This document shows, piece by piece, positions 60,095 through 64,000 of a stretch of 64,000 bases of DNA (its first letter is position 1; each line of letters begins with the position of its first letter). The translations under genes were made by a program, and so were the position numbers. The notes under the pieces were generated by a model. That model was not told the origin of the DNA and made no database searches. It was given only the letters and a program-made list of their open reading frames with translations. The stretch spans positions 806,001 to 870,000 of the forward strand of contig JAKMXF010000365.1 of the NCBI GenBank assembly GCA_024704765.1, in the 5' to 3' direction. The DNA is from Oopsacas minuta. Taxonomy: Eukaryota; Animalia; Porifera.

Positions 60095-60682
60095 ATGATT
60101 CGCATACCAAATAGTGCTGTAATATTCGCGCTTCTACTTCTTAGCTACGCAGTGCTGGTACATACTGCTCTAAGTTGTACATCAGCTGTTGACTGCACTA
60201 ATGAAGTTATATCTAATCAGAGTAAGTATGTCAGCTGTGTGGATGGATCTTGTGTTTGTGATTTATGTTTCACTGCTGATGTAACAGGAATGTGTACGAT
60301 AGCCAATTGTTATTCATACAATTATTTCACTGATGAATGCACCAATACAGCGCCAAGATGGCTTGCAGCACTTATAATGAGCATATTAATTGGAGGAACA
60401 GGTGCTGCTAATTTCTACATAAGTAGATATAAAATCGCAATATCCCAGCTGATGTTATTCTGTATAATACTGACTCTACCATGTATCATTTGCTGTGTTT
60501 ACTGCTGTACTGGTTGTGACTGTGGAGATGTATGCAGAGTATGTGGTCTTGTTATCAACCTTATATTAGCTATTTTATTGCTGGTGGTTAATCTTTGTCT
60601 GGCAAGCTGGTGGATTGCAGATCTTGTTATCTTCTCTCTCAACGATAGGAAGGATGGAAACGGATGTTCTCTAGTTATGTAA
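60095..60682 (+). CDS. TM2-domain-containing protein, single exon, 195 aa (signal peptide, Cys-rich ectodomain, TM2 domain)
   Basis: Signal peptide; Cys-rich CVDGSCVCDLCF..CTIANC; TM2 motif RWLAALIMSILIGGTGAANFYISRY; C-terminal WWIADLVIF..DGNGC typical of TM2D-family proteins. Confidence 0.8.
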   Translation: MIRIPNSAVIFALLLLSYAVLVHTALSCTSAVDCTNEVISNQSKYVSCVDGSCVCDLCFTADVTGMCTIANCYSYNYFTDECTNTAPRWLAALIMSILIGGTGAANFYISRYKIAISQLMLFCIILTLPCIICCVYCCTGCDCGDVCRVCGLVINLILAILLLVVNLCLASWWIADLVIFSLNDRKDGNGCSLVM

Positions 60683-60764
60683 CTAACATGGAAGTTTGAT
60701 ATAATTATTGATCTGTGTTTCTATAATTATGCTATGTAAACTGTATTTCTTTAATTGTAATGTA

Positions 60765-62099
60765 CAGGGTGTTTCACAATTGATGTCGTATTTTCTAAAT
60801 TTGTTTATTATGCACCCATGCAATAATATCTGTGTATTTAAACTTGCAATCGTAATTAATCTTACAGGGTTCTATTGAGTAATTATTTCATTCATCAATC
60901 GAAACATTTTATAGCTTCTATTTCCATATCCAAATTGGGCTAATTATTTGCATAATATAATGGTGAAAGAATACAGTATCATGATTCGCTCACAGGCTGT
61001 TGGCATGCTACAAGCTGGCTCTTCTCAGAAGTTTGTGTCTCTTAAACTTGGAGTTAATATCCGTACAGTTCAGCGTTGGTGGCGACTTTTCAAGAATGAT
61101 TTGACATTAGAAAACAAAGGGGGACGTGGCCGTAAATCGTCCATATCGAAAGTTGCCAAGATTGTAATTACTAAATCAATTGGCAAAAAACGACAGTCTG
61201 TACGTGGTCTATCCAAGAAATTAAAGTTGAAAGGTCATTCCGTATCTCAGAGTACAGTGTACCGTTATTTGACAAAAGAAAAGGGCGTAAAATCTTACAA
61301 ACGCCAGCGGCAGCCGTTAATAACAGAGAAAAACATGGCTGCTAGGTTAAAATTTTGTAAAGAACGTGCAATTGGACAGCAAATGATTGGAAAAACATAT
61401 TATTTACAGATGAATCACCGTTTGAGTTAAATCATCCCCCAAACAGGAAAAATGATTGTGTTTGGGCGAGAAACGCATTGGATGTCGAGCCCGTTCAGAT
61501 GGTGAAATTTCCAAAGAAAATTCAAGTATAGGGTATGATGTCACATCGTGCACTGTCGGAGTTACATTTCATTCCCGTTGGACAAACTGTATCTGCAGAG
61601 TACTATGTTAGTGAGATACTGGGTAAAACTTTAATGTCTACAATGAACAGAAAGCGAGAAAGAGGCACAGTTGTTGAGAGGAAAATGTTAAAAAATATGT
61701 CCCGTGCGATATTTCAACAAGATGGCGCTCCAGCTCACACGGCAAACATGACACAAAATTGGTTGAGAAGTAACCTAAAGAGTTTTTGGGCGAAAGGTAC
61801 CTGGCCAGCCAACTCTCCAGACTTGAGTCCCATTGAGAACATATGGTCGATTTTGAAAGATGATCTAGATTCAATAGGTGAGATAAAAGACATAAAAATG
61901 TTGGAAAATCGACTGAAAACAGCATGGTCCAATATTTCACCAGAGGTTTTGGACAAATTGATGGATGGAATGCCAAAACGAATCCATAAGTGTATTGAAC
62001 TTAGTGGTGGATATATTGGCAAATAATTGTAGTAATATATCTAGTATTCTATTAGTTATGTAATATTGTATAACACGACATCAATTGTGAAACACCCTG
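60765..62099 (+). mobile_element. Full-length Tc1/mariner-superfamily DNA transposon (DD37E type), 1335 bp, transposase inactivated
   Basis: Perfect 25-bp TIRs cagggtgtttcacaattgatgtcgt and TA duplication (60763-64, 62100-01). HTH region, FTDES, FQQDGA and WPANSPDLSPIENIW present, with 37 residues between the second D and E. One-base deletion near 61370 and TAG at 61529-61531 (Q-V-*-G). Confidence 0.95.
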
Positions 62100-62561
62100 T
62101 ATACAAGAAAGCAAAAATAAAGTGTCTAGTAGATGATAAGTAAAGAATTAATTATAAATTGGCGAGCTACGAATTCAATTTTAGAATTCTATGTAATTCA
62201 TAAAACGTACATAATACCTGTTACTGTAATTCAAATTCTGAAAAATTGATACAATTATGATATTGAAAGCACAGTTAAATCAACGCAATACAGTGTTAGT
62301 AACAGTTAAGAAGTACTTGTAAATTACTATCTTCATTTATGTTATCAGCAATTATCATACATTACATAGTGAATGTAATCTATGGGTGTTATTTGTTTTC
62401 TGTATTGGTAATATGGTATAGTGGTTCAGTATTGAAATTGTTTTAATATTGTGTTAATTTTTTAATATGTCATTGATATTATTGAAAGTATAAACATATA
62501 AACTTGGTTTAATATGATTAGCCAGCTGTTGAATCTTTGAAATTATATACTTTTGTAGTTA

Positions 62562-62827
62562 AAGTCGAACCTCCGAGATCCGGCACCATTTATTTCAAAA
62601 GGTTTGAATTTAAATAGACAATTTTCATTTAACTTTCCTTATAATAGAGTTATCTTTAGTTGTACTTCATGACTAACCCGTAACTAGAAACCGTTAAACC
62701 TTCTTGATTCGGTAATTCAAATGCATCTCGATATTTTATCTCATATGCTAATTGGAACTCCAATAGATTTAATTAGTTCTGAGATCCGTGCACCCTCGGA
62801 CGAGACTGGATCTCAGAGGTTCTACCG
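62562..62827. mobile_element. CAGT-type MITE, degenerate
   Basis: Imperfect TIRs aagtcgaacctccgagatcc / ggatctcagaggttctaccg with TA flanks. Confidence 0.65.
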
Positions 62828-64000
62828 TATAGTGTATATAGATCTATGAAAATACTGCGGAAGAAGCTTTTAACAGCGCTGAATTATGCAAATGTCAAAC
62901 AATAGAAACATTTGTACATTCAGACAAAAGTTATGCATAAATATATTTTCTGATTGTTGACATCTTTCCCTATCTATCTACCATTATGCCCTTCTTATTT
63001 GTATTGGCACAAATATATACTCTTAGCTATGATACGACATTTACAAGTCTAATGGAGAATAATTACATTAAATATTCTACTACTGAACCCTTTCAAGTAT
63101 AATAAAATATTTTTTCTCCGTAAAGTCGATTGATATGAACAGAGCACTTTGTCATATCATATTGAGTTATATGAATTTACCCAGCAATCATTTTATAATT
63201 TATTTAACCGACCTTCGCCTTTCCACAATCTTCCTTAACACAAGAAATCGAGTTTATTGCAGAGCAAACAAAATGTGAATTTCAGCTTTCCCTGATATAT
63301 GAATACGAATAAAAAGATGTCTATACAACACTCAACTGAACATATGTACAGTAGTACACACTCTTAACTTCAAAATTAACATTCAAGTACTCCTTATGTA
63401 TAGTAACGAAATAAACGGCCAAGCAAATTTGTATTCCCTTCACCAAACTCAGCAAAGGTACTCGCATGTACCTTTGGCGATACAATTCCGATATAACAAT
63501 AATATACATAAATCGTAGTACTGCTTATTAATGTCATTTGTGATTTATTTCGTTTGTTGTGTTACTTGTTAGAAATAATATATATTCGTTAGTTATATTT
63601 GGATTAACCAAAATATGTCTAATATTATATAGTGTTCATTTGGTATTGAAATATTGAACCACAAGCTTGAATCAAACCACAGTAATGTTGGGCTGTTTAT
63701 AATATTCGATTGTATAACATTCCTCTTAAATCGCTAATAATCTATAATACTGTCATATAAGTATATTCTCGAATGTTTTAATTACAATAATTACTAATTT
63801 TTAACTTCCATATATCAAATCCAAATTTTTGAACAGTAAAGATAACAGAATATGCTCATTGTCGTATGTACGTATAGGGATATCATATGCAGCTGTCTAT
63901 GGCTTCTGGAGCATAAATTTCAATTTTTGAATTAAAAAGATTTAAGGACACATATTTTCATCTAGAGGGTGGCGATAAATTTTATTGACGATTCTTGGAT

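Overview
AT-rich, compact, intron-containing eukaryotic DNA from an animal. The gene content (Ig/FN3/EGF/NIDO/AMOP/VWD adhesion modules, receptor tyrosine phosphatases, ciliary genes), short introns and many single-exon genes resemble a sponge genome such as a glass sponge, but that assignment is inference. Genes in order: last exon of a PPM1E/F-type PP2C; an orphan intronless ~7TM protein; intronless AP-3 mu; CCDC180-like; an intronless secreted ~15-Ig hemicentin-like gene head-to-head with receptor PTP paralog 1 (Ig3-FN3-NIDO-AMOP-VWD-EGFn-TM-PTP), which carries a frameshifted EF-hand gene antisense in one intron; a ZnT2/8-type zinc transporter; ORMDL; an intronless bacterial-type glucosamine-6-P deaminase/PIG-L deacetylase fusion (HGT candidate); IFT140, with an intronless NHL-repeat gene nested antisense in an intron; receptor PTP paralog 2 (inverted, with a VWA exon), which ends 151 bp upstream of the IFT140 ATG; a TM2-domain gene; a defective DD37E Tc1/mariner element; and several MITEs. 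The strongest leads are the pair of Mesh/MUC4-like receptor phosphatases, with reciprocal motif changes (GDPH + WPE versus GLAH + WPD) and a 151-bp near-identical tract suggesting gene conversion, and the NagB-PIG-L fusion. All gene models were assembled by hand and family calls come from recognised motifs; no database searches were run.
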